Positions 1 to 13,070 of a stretch of 64,000 bases of DNA are shown here, in pieces. Positions within the stretch are counted from its first letter, which is position 1. Every line of letters begins with the position of its first letter. Below the pieces are notes generated by a model. That model was given only the letters and a program-made list of their open reading frames with translations. It was not told where the DNA came from and searched no databases. This DNA comes from Octopus sinensis (Eukaryota), in assembly GCF_006345805.1 (NCBI RefSeq), contig NC_042998.1, positions 88,288,001-88,352,000 on the forward strand, given 5' to 3'. The translations under genes were made by a program, and so were the position numbers.

Positions 1-484
1 GTTGTACAGTTAGCGGTGAATTGCCAAACTGTTGAGTCCCGCGACACCATTTACGATTCTCAGTTGGAAAGAATTCATCGAAATGACTTTCGAGAAAAAA
101 ATCGTAAATGTCACACTGTCTCCATATCCTCCGCTTCAAATGCGTTTTCTTGTGTCAAAGCAAGAAATCAATATATCAATACCTATAAAGATAAGGAAGA
201 AAAATCAAAAAGTGCAACAAAGAATAATAGTGCTAAAATAGGATTGAATTCTAAATCAGCCGTTAAGTTGTAAGATTATTTTATTTTATGATTTAATCAG
301 AAGGTCTAAGAACCTTTTCAGTTTTGACTAGTGATAGAAGAAAAGGTCAGTTTGTTTCATTCTAGAGATCAGATTTATGGGTTTGCACAAGGCTAAGCCC
401 TACTAAATGTTCTGAAAGGCTAGGTAGAGATGTTTCAACTGTGCGATGAATTGAGTCTACGACCCAAGAACAGCAATGGTCCCT

Positions 485-598
485 TCTTCTACACACTTTC
501 CGTCTACCAAATTCCATTCACAGCGCGTTGTTCGATCTCAAGGCCCAGGATTGACTCATAGCCCAAAGTACCGTGCAGTGAAATTCAACCCGAAACAC
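485..598 (-). mobile_element. Degenerate CORE-type tRNA-derived SINE fragment (head/core)
   Basis: Contains TTTCCGTCTACCAAAT and GCAGTGAAATTCAACCCG, diverged matches to the better-preserved minus-strand copy at 51405-51578. Confidence 0.6.
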
Positions 599-1714
599 TA
601 ATTTCCCAGCAAATTCAGATCTATACCTGCACTCATTAATTAAGCAACATGGAAATTTGTGATAGTCACGGTTTTCTTAATGGGTTCAGTGATTAAGTTA
701 TCTCATACTAATTTTTAAAACAATCAATAACAGACTGTGTATTGGGTGCTGCACATTGCAATTCTTGAGATTTATCGGTGATTATCATACTAGTCCGCGA
801 CTGAAAATCACATCAAAGCCATTATGCTTTTCCATAGGTATATATTTGGCAGCCTTGATGCGTTTAACATATAAGGATTAGGGATAAAAAATTTAATAAT
901 GTAGTTGGAGGTTGAGGGAAACAGTGACACTGAGCTACATTCTCGATGAACCGTGTATATCGAATTATTTCGTTAATATTTTTGAGGAAAGACAAAAGCT
1001 ATGAGCTCATTACTGTGAATTCATGTGCCAAGGCGTGTAATTTGGATAAATGTGAGTTTTCTTTCGTTACTTGATGCGTTAGCTTTTGTTTAACCTATAT
1101 CAATTGTGATTAAGCAGATTTATGACCAACAATGTCCCAACCATGACCGTCCCTGCTTATTATATATCCAAAAATGCATTTTCTTCTCTCTCTCTCTCTC
1201 TCTCTCTCACTCTCTCTCTCCCTCTCATGCACACGTGCGCGCGCACACAAGCTCTTTTGGCAAGTTATCATTATTGTTTCTTGATAATTTACATTATCAC
1301 AGAGTACAAAGCTACAAATTTAGCTTTAAATCAACCCTAGTACATGAATGAAACTTTATTCAATCGATTCCAGAAAAAAATCTCACCGCAGTGGGATTTG
1401 AACTCAGTACTCAAAATGTTTAAACAAATATTGCAAGACATTTTATACAACGCGCTAAAGATCCTACCAAAGCAATGCCTTTGAAGTACCGTCAATAATG
1501 ATGGAGAGTACAGGGACAATTTATTTCTCGGAGAACTGTTGAAGAGGGGATTAAATCAGCGCGGTTCACTTTTAATAGTTATTTTGTGAAAATTGATGGA
1601 CTGGTGAAAGAAATGCAAAATATTGAACTCAGAACATACAGGAACAAAAAATATATGTAGAGTGTAATTGTATGTCGTCTCACGCTCCACTGTTGCTGCC
1701 AACAAGCTAGTAAT

Positions 1715-2135
1715 ATGATGATGACGATGACAATGATGACGATGCTGATGACGTTTATGAAGAGGTGGATGATGATGGTGATTAGTGGTGGGAGTGTCGT
1801 CGGTGGTGACGGTGGTGGTAGTTGTGGTAGCAGTTGGAAGATGATGATTGTGATCCTTATGACGATGATCATGATGACGGTGAAGGTGAGGTGGTGGTGG
1901 TGGTGGTGGTTTTGGTGGCAACGGTGCTGGGGATGGTGGTGGTGGTGGTGGTGGTGGTGGTGATGGTAGTGGTGGCGATGGCGGAATTGGTCGTACTGAT
2001 ACTGGTGGTGGTAGTGCTAGCGGTGCTGACGACAGTGGCAGTGCTGGTAGTGATGACGGTGATGGTAGTCATGGTGGCTGTGCTGGTTGCAGTGGTAATT
2101 GTAGTAGCGGTGATAGTGGTGGCTGTGGTTATCAC
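1715..2135. repeat. Compound trinucleotide low-complexity tract (GAT/GGT/GTA)n
   Basis: Direct reading. It explains the poly-V/T/M/H ORFs in the track. Confidence 0.9.
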
Positions 2136-2489
2136 AGCGGTTTATAATTTGCACAGACCAAACAGCTTAACTAGGTATTTGTTAACTGAAGGTCATTGAT
2201 ACTGTTATCATGATACGCTCATGTGTGGGAGTAGGTGTGTGGGCGGAAAGCGTCTACCACTCAGCTCATGGTTGACTAACATGGATACTGATAGTGGTGA
2301 TGAGGATAAGGATGTTGTGAGTGCGTGTGTGTATGTATGTATGATTGCATGTGTATGTGTGGATCATTGTATGTGTGTGCGTGTGTAATTTTTTTATAAT
2401 TCATATCAACAGAGTTTCACATGACTGTAGTAAGCTCGTATTGTTTGTTGATTTATGTGCTAGTTTGTAATTAGTGTCTGTGAATGTGT

Positions 2490-2540
2490 TATGTCTTTGT
2501 GTGTGTGTGTGTGTATGCCTCTCCTTGTGTGTGCGTGTGT

Positions 2541-2571
<31 letters not shown>

Positions 2572-2931
2572 TATGTGCCTGTGAATGATTATGGGTTTCT
2601 CCAGTCATCATATGAATGCATGCATATTCATGTACATACATGCGCACCCACACAGACACACCCACATATGTATGCACAGAAAAAGCTAGAGAGAGAGGGG
2701 GGAGGAAATCAGAGAGGAAAAGAAAGAGAGAAAGAGGAAGAAAGAAGAGAGACAGGGAGAGAGAGAGAGAGAGAGAGAGAGATACAACAACAGACAGATT
2801 GGTAAAAGCGGTGTCTAAATGGGAAAAAGGAATTGCATTGCCATCTGGATGAAAGCATATCCATATATATGTATACACAGTCATCAATATACATACACGC
2901 GCACACATACACACACATACTATATATATAA

Positions 2932-2978
<47 letters not shown>

Positions 2979-3064
2979 ATATATATATATATTCATATTA
3001 TATATATATACAACATACACATATATGTATATATACATGTTTATGTGTGTGTGTATGTATGTGT

Positions 3065-3106
<42 letters not shown>

Positions 3107-3130
3107 ATGTGTGTATATGTGTGTGTGTGC
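2490..3130. repeat. Compound microsatellite block (GT)n/(GA)n/(TA)n
   Basis: Direct reading. Confidence 0.95.
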
Positions 3131-4029
3131 TTAGCCATGTTTGAAGGCTGATACAGTTCAAAGAGCCATAGTGTCCCTTAAATCTGATGCTTAATTTTTC
3201 ATTTCTTAGCTTTAATCAGATAAAGTAAACCACGAACATATAAATGAGAGGAAATGAAGCATGCAGATTACATGAACTATATGTCACAAACTACTATAAA
3301 AGCATACTCCAACCATTGACCGCTACAGATATCAACAGGCAAATAAATAATTCATTGGTGCTTCAAGCTGAACTGATTTTAGGCACGACCTAATATCAAC
3401 TGTGTGACCTTCATTCTTCTTTTCCTTCGAGGCTATGTTTCCTGAAATATTTTATAGCAATGCTAAATATATGCCACAAAACCTCCCAAAACTAGACACC
3501 AATATCGAACCATTGTCCAGAACTAATTAGGTTACCTATGAAGAAAACTAAACAATACTAAAGTAAGCGATCCCTGAAAATTATGAATCCATTAACACTT
3601 TCCAATTAACAAGCATTAAAGACACAAACACGCATATGCATGCACACGCATTGAATGTTTCTTAAATATCGTAAGCATAAACACCAGTTGATATCTTGGC
3701 AAAAATTTTGGGAAACATGCCATTTAAATTAAAGCTCTTTGCTATATTGGTTTCTTATTAGAATTCATTAAATTCTTTTTTCTTTTTGCTTCAGTCGATG
3801 GAATGATGACCATTTCGTTTATAGCTTCACAATTAGGTTTCTTTTGAACAATCTATAGAGTCCTTTAGAAAATAATTTCCTTACCGTCACGGTTGCTCTT
3901 ACACGAATTTCAAAAATAAAAATATCATTTCTAAACTAAAATTTTAATTCTGAGGAGCATTTATAGCCCTTGTATGCTAGCTTTGACCATCCGGTCTTTT
4001 GGGGGATATATAGATTTAAGGATAAGCAA

Positions 4030-4175
4030 AGCTGTATAGTTAAGAAGTTCGCTTTGAAACTTCATGACTTCAAGTTCAGTACCACTGAACAGCACCTTGG
4101 TCAAGGGTTTTCTTGTATAGCGTCAGCCCATCCAATATCTTGAGAATGGATACGGTTGACGGAAACCGGACGGAC
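4030..4175 (+). mobile_element. Degenerate CORE-type SINE head/core
   Basis: AGTTCAGTACCACTG (B-box-like), CACCTTGGTCAAG (CORE-like CCTTGGGCAAG) and GACGGAAAC match the copies at 22421 and 51405. Confidence 0.65.
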
Positions 4176-4395
4176 GCCTTTCGTGTATTCTTTTATCTTT
4201 CATGTTTTGCTTGCTTCCAGGCATTGGGCTTCATCCATACTGGAATATCGCCTTGAAGGGTTTTTAGTCAAGCAAATCGATTTCCGTACTTATTTTATGA
4301 GTCTAGTTCCTATTTTCTTGATCTCTTTTGCCGAACTGTTTGGTTATGGAGATGTAGACAAATGTACACACACACACCCACACCCACACCCACAC

Positions 4396-4536
<141 letters not shown>

Positions 4537-4852
4537 CATATAGAGTAAAATATATGGATTAATGGAATCGCTTCGTATTAATATTTAATTGTCATATTTC
4601 GATTTTTATATTTCACCGTAACATCTAAAGATTGCAGATTAATTCATTCGTCTTTATTTCATGAAATATAATCGTTGAGGGGATGGAGTAACCCTTTGTG
4701 TAGAAGTCATTGTACATTATTAATTTCTATTGTTACTAGTCAAGAAAGGGACTTGCAGATTTGCTCTTCTCAGTTTGATTAATTAAACCTCTTCCCGCCT
4801 CTCTCTCCCTCTCTCTCACCTGCTCTCATCCTTTAAACTAAGCTTCTTGTCA

Positions 4853-5080
4853 AATTTTTAGTAATTAAATTGGCCATATCTGGCCAAAATATTCACCACT
4901 TTAATGTCCGAATCCGCCAGACAGATCCAGCCTGTCACACCTACCCAACAATATCATTCTAAAAATAAACAATCACAACATCAAAATCTCGAAGCTACGT
5001 GATAATGCATGATCAATTCTAAATAATGTGAATAAATAAGCATTACATTTCACGGAGTAGTCTGAATGCTAAAGGGTTAA
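4853..5080. mobile_element. piggyBac-like non-autonomous element (MITE) remnant
   Basis: Right end AATGCTAAAGGG|TTAA (reverse complement TTAA|CCCTTTAGCATT) fits the piggyBac TTAA + CCC terminus. The left end (TTTTTAGTAATTAAA) is a degenerate inverted match. Confidence 0.45.
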
Positions 5081-5254
5081 AGAAAATATTTTTTTATATG
5101 TGAAGTATATTTGCCACTTAAATGTGGCTAACCACTAGGGGTGGATGCTACTGTAGCTTGTAGCTCCAGGAGAACATCTTCTCAAGTTGGCTATTGACAC
5201 ACTTTCTGTGCCCTATCAGTATTTTTTATAGTTTAATTAAAAATCCATCAATTG

Positions 5255-5375
5255 TTGGTGAGTGGGGAAGTAACTGATACCACCGACTCCGGTTACATTC
5301 TATTGACCTCACTGCCCCGAAGGCTCAAGGCGAAGTTAACCTCAGCATGACGTGAACTCATAACACAGAGAGCCG
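5255..5375 (-). mobile_element. Highly degenerate SINE (family A) remnant
   Basis: AGGCGAAGTTAACCTCAGCATGACGTGAACTCA resembles the family A reverse-strand motif AGGCAAAGTCGACCTCGGCGGAATTTGAACTCA. Confidence 0.5.
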
Positions 5376-6242
5376 CCTCACTGTCCCATTGGCGCAGAGT
5401 GGGTTTTAGCCAGCTTATGTGGTAGCGAAATCGGCTGCCCGCTTCTTTAAACGTAACATACCTTCGACTACAGTAATTACACGTATCTAAAGTAGCCACA
5501 CTTGTACATAACGCACAGCCCACGCTAAGTCGTTGCGCCGCCCTGATTGAAGAAAATATGAATGCACACAGATTTCACGTTACCAAATCATTTAGGTATA
5601 GTTGATGCCCATTGTAAGGCTTCGTAGTGTATAGATTTGTTTGGCCTCAAGAATGAATTCCATAACAAAAATAAACTTGAAATCGAAAGTTTAAACAACA
5701 AAATGGCGAGAAGAAAAAATGAAGACTGCTATAAGAATACACTCGGATCTATTTAAAACTATCTTGACATGTTGATTATTTATTATTTAAAACGTCAGTT
5801 ATAGCCTACAGTTTAGCAAATTGTCTAACAAGAATTTCACAAACTTTATATTGTTTCTGTTTACATTATTGCATTCGAGCAGGTTGAGTTTATTTCTTAC
5901 TTTTATCGTGTAATGAATGATACAACGACAAGGATGGATGTGCATGTCATTGTTTTGTAAGTGTGCGTGTGTGTGCGTGTGCACGTGTGAGTGTTTGCAT
6001 ATACACATGCACACACATACATACATATATAATGTGTATGTGATTGTATATATGCACATATATATGTATATATATATATACAAATGTACACAGACACACA
6101 CACTCACACACACTCACACACACACACATATATATATACGTACACATACAGCATACACATGTACATACATACATATATATATACATATATATATACATTT
6201 ATATATATACATACATATATATATATATATACACATACATAC

Positions 6243-6280
<38 letters not shown>

Positions 6281-6301
6281 TATATATATAATTATATATA
6301 T

Positions 6302-6337
<36 letters not shown>

Positions 6338-6521
6338 CGTGAGGGGGAAAGAAAAAGAGAGTGAGAAGAAGGGGGAGAGATTATCTATGTGACAAGTTTT
6401 GATAGCAATTGTTGAACATTTTTACAATGTTCAATAAAAAAATTTCAATATGTTTTCCTATTTTTCCATTGTGGCTTAGAAAGCATATGTGGGTGTGTCT
6501 GTGCGTGTATGTACATGCAGT

Positions 6522-6553
<32 letters not shown>

Positions 6554-6605
6554 TATATTATATATATATATATATATTATATATATATATATTATATATA
6601 TAATA

Positions 6606-6855
6606 CACCGTATATTTAAACACATTAAGAGGTTTCCATTATAGGAATCCCTTACGCTAGAAGAAACAGCTAAAGTCCAAACCACTATTTAGGGATAAAT
6701 TCTTGAAGGGAATGAAAAACGAAATGTGGTAAATGTTTTTATTTTTCATTCCCTTCCAGAATTTATCCCTAATTAGTGGTTTGGACTTTAGCTGTTCCTT
6801 CTAGCGTAAGGGATTCCTATGATGGGAACCTCTTAATGTGTTTAAATGTACACTG
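6606..6855. mobile_element. Foldback/MITE element, ~250 bp, ~110-bp imperfect inverted arms, TA-flanked
   Basis: TA|CACCGTATATTTAAACACATTAAGAGG...CCTCTTAATGTGTTTAAATGTACACTG|TA. The arms pair with scattered mismatches as far as GGAATGAAAAA / TTTTTCATTCC. Confidence 0.85.
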
Positions 6856-6980
6856 TATTTTATATGAATAATATAAAATTATATGAATAATATAAAATTA
6901 GTCTATTGACTAATTTTTCTAAGCGCTAGGCCACTGGTATTAAAATTTTCTAAAATCTTTATTACCCTGATATTATTAAT

Positions 6981-7037
<57 letters not shown>

Positions 7038-7459
7038 ACATGCCTAAATATCTTTACAAAGAAAGCCATCTCCTTCTATGCATTTGCACTCATACAAGAG
7101 GATATGTCTTTGTTATAACATCAATATTTTATGTCATCATTGAGTGTCAATTTTCATGCAAAATATATTATCATTTCAATCAAAGCTGCACGAGATTTTG
7201 TATAAAAATCTACATTCTCACTTATTCAATCCTCTCCTCATTCTTTATTTCTCCAGCATTTCTTTCACTCATTCTCTTTCAGAACCTCATTTTCTGTGTC
7301 TATCCTCTCAACTTTTCTCACCCTTTATTCTTGCTATACACGCAGAAGACATAACATTTTTATTGGCCCTCTCCACATGAAGATAAGATTGTCTTTCTCT
7401 ATATCTTTTCCGAAATAGATTTTCACGTGAATTGCCAAAAAGAAAAAAAAAATAAGGAC

Positions 7460-7535
<76 letters not shown>

Positions 7536-8005
7536 CCTCTCTCTCTCATGCGTGTGTGTATGCGTAAATCATTTTAAGGATGAATCCTATAGATTCATAT
7601 AAAAGATAAGCTCCTCTCTATTTCTCTCGCCACACACTCACACACACACAAATGTATGCATGCAAACACACGCACACCCACAGACACACACACAAACGCA
7701 CACATACGCATACACTCACTCACACACACTCACTCACACACACACACACACACATACAACTAGCATATGCAAATAAATAGCAACAAAAACATCAACAGCG
7801 TCTGTAGGTGCAACAACCTCTTCCATGGATATGTAGCTTCAGAAAAACAACAAAATCAAAAGAGGTGTTGTGACATACGTGCATTCCTAAACAGAAAAGA
7901 AAAACGGCAACTCAAAATCATTTGAACTTCTTTTCAGAAATCGCGATTATATTGCAGGTTTATTTCCAAGGATTTATTACACATACGCACCCAATCTTAT
8001 ATTGC

Positions 8006-8217
8006 TTTCAAATTTTGGCACAATGCCAGCAATTTCAGGAGAGAGGGTAAGTCAAATACATCAACCCCAGTACTCAACTAGTACTTATTCTATCGACCCC
8101 GAAAGGATAAAAAGTAAAGTCGACCTCGCCGGAACTTGAACTCAGAATGTGAAGACGGACCAAATGCCGCTGAGCATTTCGCCCGCTGTACTAAGGATTC
8201 TGCCAGCTCGCCGCCTT
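8006..8217 (-). mobile_element. tRNA-derived SINE, family A
   Basis: Reverse complement of the family A head (GGCGGCGAGCTGGCAGAA...GAGTTCAA) and central domain (GTCGACTTT...CCTTTCGGGGTCGATA...GTAC). Confidence 0.85.
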
Positions 8218-9540
8218 CACACCCCACTCCAAACTATTGTTATCATCCTCGTCACATTTACACTATCACTTTCACCACATCGTCAAATTACGGTAACAAA
8301 AAACATTCTTAACATTTTCCCCCTGGGCTCATATTGGTAGATAAGATAAGGTCAATAATTATGCTATCTCGGGGATCTATAGGGCAGATACATGGTTCTT
8401 TATTCATTCATTTATTTTTAGTGTATAACAGACGATAGATAAATATTTGGTTAGACGTAACACAGCCAGTCATAGACTGCCACTGAATATGGTAGATACG
8501 TGAATACGCGTATACGAGAATAACGCAGGAGTAATTCGAAATTACATTGCAAACAAAAGGCTTTCCGGGGTTTGATATAGTTCTAGGGCGCTAGTTTCAA
8601 ATATTACAAATAAAATTTAATAGCACTTTTTTTAAATATAGGCACAGGGCCACAGATATTTTATCGCGGAAACTGGGATGATTTTGTCAATCACTCCACT
8701 GATTGTCTCAACACGGCTCAATATGAATATAGTAGTGATTTTGTGATATAGCTTCTCATAGACTCAAAGCTTCAGATTTATTAGCACAGAGAAATTAGTT
8801 TACGTGATGTTTGATACAGTAGCCATCTTATTTTTTAGCAAATGTATCACTACAAAACATCCTGGAGATTATTATCTTACTAAGACTGATATTATCTTAT
8901 TAATACTGAATAGGTATTGGTCACGCAATATGTTCCGATACAGCATAAAACATTCAGCGTTCCACAGACACATATGCGTATGCATGTGAGAGTATGGGTG
9001 CGTGTGTGTTTGCGTGTATATATATATGTAGATATACACACATGCATACACACACATACACATATTACTAACATATACATATAAGCTCTCATATACATAT
9101 ACGCTCAGTATATATATATATATATGTGTGTGTGTATGTGGGTGCGCATGGATGTTGAAGCATTGCGGAATATAAAAAACATCATTGATTTAGAGAGTCA
9201 CGTCATTATAGTTAAGAAAGATTATAGATAAATAAGAACCAAACAGTAACGTTTACTTTGAAACATGTAACCTTCTACAAGTGATAATACCCTCATTCAA
9301 ACAGAGATGAGAACTGGTGAAGGCGTCGGTCTTCTTTGCTGCTTGAAATGATTTTGAATATATTATTGGAAAGTGCAAATAACTCCAAAACGCACTTTCT
9401 GTTCCCATTACTCTTTGAAAAAGTGATTTTTCATTCGAAATAATGGATTATTAAATGTCTTAAGATTACATTTTTATTTACATCTAATCTTTTCCTTGTT
9501 GCACTGCCCGTGACTTTCTACACACTTTTATAAACACGCG

Positions 9541-9584
<44 letters not shown>

Positions 9585-10180
9585 TACATGTATTTATATA
9601 TATATATATATGTGTGTGTGTATATGTATATGTATGTGCGCGTGTGTGTGTAATTGTGGCAATCCTAGGTACTTAAGATAGAATAAGCAATTTTAAATAT
9701 CAAAGCCATTTAATTGAAATATGATACATTTTGCGTCTCTTCGTTCTTATGAAATGGAAGTATGTCTACACCTTTCTGGTAATGATACCCCTTGCATAGA
9801 CTATAAACAATGTATTTCCAAACATCGTTGTCTGCTATATCTTCAGATTTTAAGGTCTATGCTTCCGATGTGTAGACTGCAAATGGAGGAAAATAAATGC
9901 GTTATACAGCCCAATTTAAAGTCACTAGTTGATATCCCACCTGTTCCAGATCTTTGTTTCTTATCCAAACAGTAAAGATACTAGTGTGACCCGTCCTTTA
10001 CCTGTTTGGTGCAATACTTCTGAGAAATACAAAGTCAGTGGTGTGTTCTACCTCATATTCATCCATTGTCAGCAGTCTCTTTCTGTGTGACACGCTCGTG
10101 GAAAGGCGTTCGCTGCGCTTATTCTTATATACTACCTTTGGAGAAGAACATCGAATTGGATCCAGAATGACGTCACCGGA

Positions 10181-10226
10181 CAGTCAGACATGGGTTTCTG
10201 CGTGGTTCTACTTCATCAGTGAGAGC
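10181..10226 (-). ncRNA. Hammerhead-ribozyme-like core (type I topology, weak stems)
   Basis: The minus strand reads CUCUCA-CUGAUGA-AGUAGAACCACGCA-GAAA-C-CCAU-G-UC-UGACUG. The core nucleotides and GUC triplet are canonical. Stem I has only 3 contiguous bp and stem II is poor. Confidence 0.3.
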
Positions 10227-11339
10227 AACCACTTCAGTCGGATGACATGATTATTCAGAGTTCAGCTCTGAGACAATGACCGCAGAGAATGACTTTTCAC
10301 TTTTGAGTCTACATCAGAGTGCTAATTACAAATATACACAACTCGTATGTATACAAACATAACTAGTTTATATAAGTATGTATGTAATGTATAAACTTCC
10401 ATTATTCATTGTGTGTCACCATACCCTAACCATGTTTCCCTCTTGTTTTCCTCGTTATTTATCGTTATTTATCTGACAGTCAGTTCTCCCATGGAATTGA
10501 AAAATGCATTAGACTCTACCGATAAGAAACCTAAGAAATGTAATTTCAATATTAGCAGTTCGTTGTGGTGAGGACAAGCATATGTAAATCTGCATGATAA
10601 ATCTGCATGATATTTAATTTTTATGACATTGAAATATCTTTCAGCAAAATGGTAATATTTGTGGTTAAATTGTTGACAAATGAAGAAATTTTCCGCTATT
10701 CAGATTTCAAAGTTTATTTGGTTTATTTCTGATGGATGTAGAGCCACTCCCTAGCTTTATGTTTGCATTTTAGATTCAGTGACTAGCAAAAATTGACTAA
10801 ACAAATTTAAATAAAGTGTAATGTTCCATACTTATCAAATATTTCTATATGAAGGCTCATAATAAATGCTTGCAATACTTAACTACGTTTCCAATATATC
10901 TTGCCTTGCAGCAACATTTTAATACCTGGTCGTAATTTGCTTGTTTTATTACGGTGAATGTGCAACACGTATTATTTACTTCTAGCTAAAAGCTGCAAAC
11001 TTCAATTCAAGGAGCAACTATAATTAATCCCGATGAGAAATATTATAAGCCTTGAAATTAGGATGACGGAGTTATCTCTCTACAGCTGATGATAAATAAA
11101 TTTTATGCTTTTAGCACCAAATATTACCATTTTCATGTAACATTATCAGAAGATTGTATTATAAACATTACATATGAGTCTACATACAAAAATATTCCAT
11201 ACTCATAGAGTTTGGTCTTCTCTTGGCATACTTATCTGTGTAAAAAACTTGCATCACACCCTGATGAGACATGCTATTGGTATAATGTAAACCAATAGAA
11301 TCTGTTTCATGGTCGATTGGTCGACGATTTAAACGATTC

Positions 11340-11480
11340 CCCGACTTGAGTAGCCCGATAATCCTGAGAGGAGGGAGTCTGGACACCAGGCAGGACTAAA
11401 TACAAGACCTGTCGATGGCCGGTTGAACTACTTGGGGAAGGTAATGGAAAACCACTTCGATATCTGCCAAGAAAACACTG
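11340..11480 (+). mobile_element. RTE-clade LINE/SINE-related fragment
   Basis: GGGGAAGGTAATGGAAAACCACTTCGATATCTGCCAAGAAAAC resembles the RTE-derived motif GGAGAAGGMAATGGCAAACCAC...CTTGCC...AAAAC of Bov-A/Sauria-type SINEs (from recall). The upstream CAGGACTAAATACAAGACCTGTC recurs at ~27327 as CAGGACAAAAAACAAGACCTATC. Confidence 0.45.
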
Positions 11481-11865
11481 TGAGAAAGTCAGAACGAAGT
11501 AACGCTATGGCTTCATTCGATGGGATTGCTCACATTTATTTGGAGAGAGTTTCACTGTAGTGTTATCAAAATGCTGTAAAAGCGTACGATACATGACGAC
11601 GACGGTGTACGTACGTACATATAAACATATGCACGTACATACATACATACATACATGCAAACATGTATGCATACATACACAAATACACAAGTACATGTGT
11701 GTACATATTTCTGTGTGTGTGTGTGTGTGTTGTCTCTGGATTATGTCAGTAGGATATGGAGGGTCTTGAGGTGCTTTGCAAGCTTTATTGAACCTTAAAG
11801 TTTAGGTTGTGCCATCGCCAGCGAAGCGACTTTCCAATGTTCGGTCGAATAAGAGGGCGCCGTGA

Positions 11866-12135
11866 CGAGCTTGGAAACCGCAGGCGCGAACCCAGGCGAA
11901 GACGACCGCAGGTGCAGCAACGTCGTGCTCGAGTATTGCTGGAATTTCGCATAAACAATTGTCAGTGATGGTCTTCTTCAGTCACAAGTGGACAGCCATC
12001 ATATATAACGGAGGCCTCAAAAGACATTTTAAAATCCACAAAGATCAGAACTTCACTGCAGCTCTTGGTGGTCCAGATCGGCTATGCAATCTATGTGAGT
12101 GTCTTTTCAATACATTGTCTGGATCTAAGGTGTAA
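11866..12135 (+). pseudogene. Degenerate tandem C2H2 zinc-finger-like coding remnant (LINE ORF2 C-terminus or ZNF pseudogene)
   Basis: Manual translation of an ~89-codon stop-to-stop frame ends ...IIYNGGLKRHFKIHKDQ...DRLCNLCECLFNTLSGSKV*. It has HxxxH and CxxC-x3-F motifs in a locally GC/CpG-rich patch. Confidence 0.35.
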
Positions 12136-12568
12136 ATGCAAGAGGTGGTCAGATTCTGAAAAAGGAGTAGACGGTCACCAAATATATAGAACCAATTATA
12201 TCATAGCGTCATTCTAGTCATCAAAGAAAACAAAATAAAAACCTCTTCATTTTTCATTTATTTCTTAGTCATACTCTTTGCTTTAAAAAGTTCCTTCATG
12301 CTTTCAACTTAGTCTCTGACATGATTCCGCTGCATCTGTTGAAAATCAGCTACGGACAAGTTTCTATAAACCTCAAAGCGTTTTCTTTCCTCTTGTTCTC
12401 ATCCCATCTTTTTCTTTCTTTCTTTTTCCGCGGCGAACAATGACAACTCTAAAGCATTATTTTCTTTATGTCTTCACATTTAATGAAAATGAGCAAATGT
12501 AGTCTCACAACTTCGATTTTTCCAACTTTTCCATCAAATATAAGAAGTGTAATAACATTTTCTCTAAT

Positions 12569-12780
12569 GTGGCGAGCTGGCAGAAACGTTAGCACGCCAG
12601 GTGAAATGCTTAACGGTATTCCGTCTGTCTTTACGTTCTGAGTTCAATTTCCGCCAAGGTCAACTTTGCCTTTCATCCTTTTAGGATTGATAAATTAAGT
12701 TCCAGTTGCGTACTGGGGTCTATCTAATCGAGTGACCCCCTCTCCCAAAATTTTGGGTCTTGTGCCTAGATTAGAAAAGT
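12569..12780 (+). mobile_element. tRNA-derived SINE, family A (tail type 1)
   Basis: A-box-like TGGCAGAAACGTT, B-box-like GAGTTCAATTTCC, central domain, and tail CCCAAAATTTTGGGTCTTGTGCCTAGATTAGAAAAG. Confidence 0.9.
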
Positions 12781-12852
12781 ATATCTAAAAGTTATATTTT
12801 TGCTTCAAAAATTAAATATAAGAAACAGTTTTGTTTTAAAAGCTAGTTAAGA

Positions 12853-13070
12853 CGGTGAGTTGCCAGAACAGTTAGCACTCCGGCCAAAATGCTTAATAGT
12901 ATATATTCTGGCTCTACATTCTGAGTTCAAATTTTACCGAGGTCAACTTTGCTTTTCATCCATTCGCGGTCGATAAAATAATGCCAGTTGAGCATTTGGT
13001 CGATCTAATCGAATTATCCTCTCTCTCTCTCTCTCTCAAAATTTCAAGCTTTGTGCCTATAGTAAAAAGA
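12853..13070 (+). mobile_element. tRNA-derived SINE, family A (older copy)
   Basis: Same head/core/tail order as 12569-12780, but more diverged. Confidence 0.8.

Noticed and set aside
5293-5523. 76-aa minus-strand ORF as an exon
   Set aside because: It partly overlaps a decayed SINE and shows no recognisable domain or good splice pair.
11262-11310. CTGATGA followed by an 8-bp hairpin (CTATTGGT/ACCAATAG) as a hammerhead
   Set aside because: No GAAA follows the hairpin on the same strand, so the core is incomplete.
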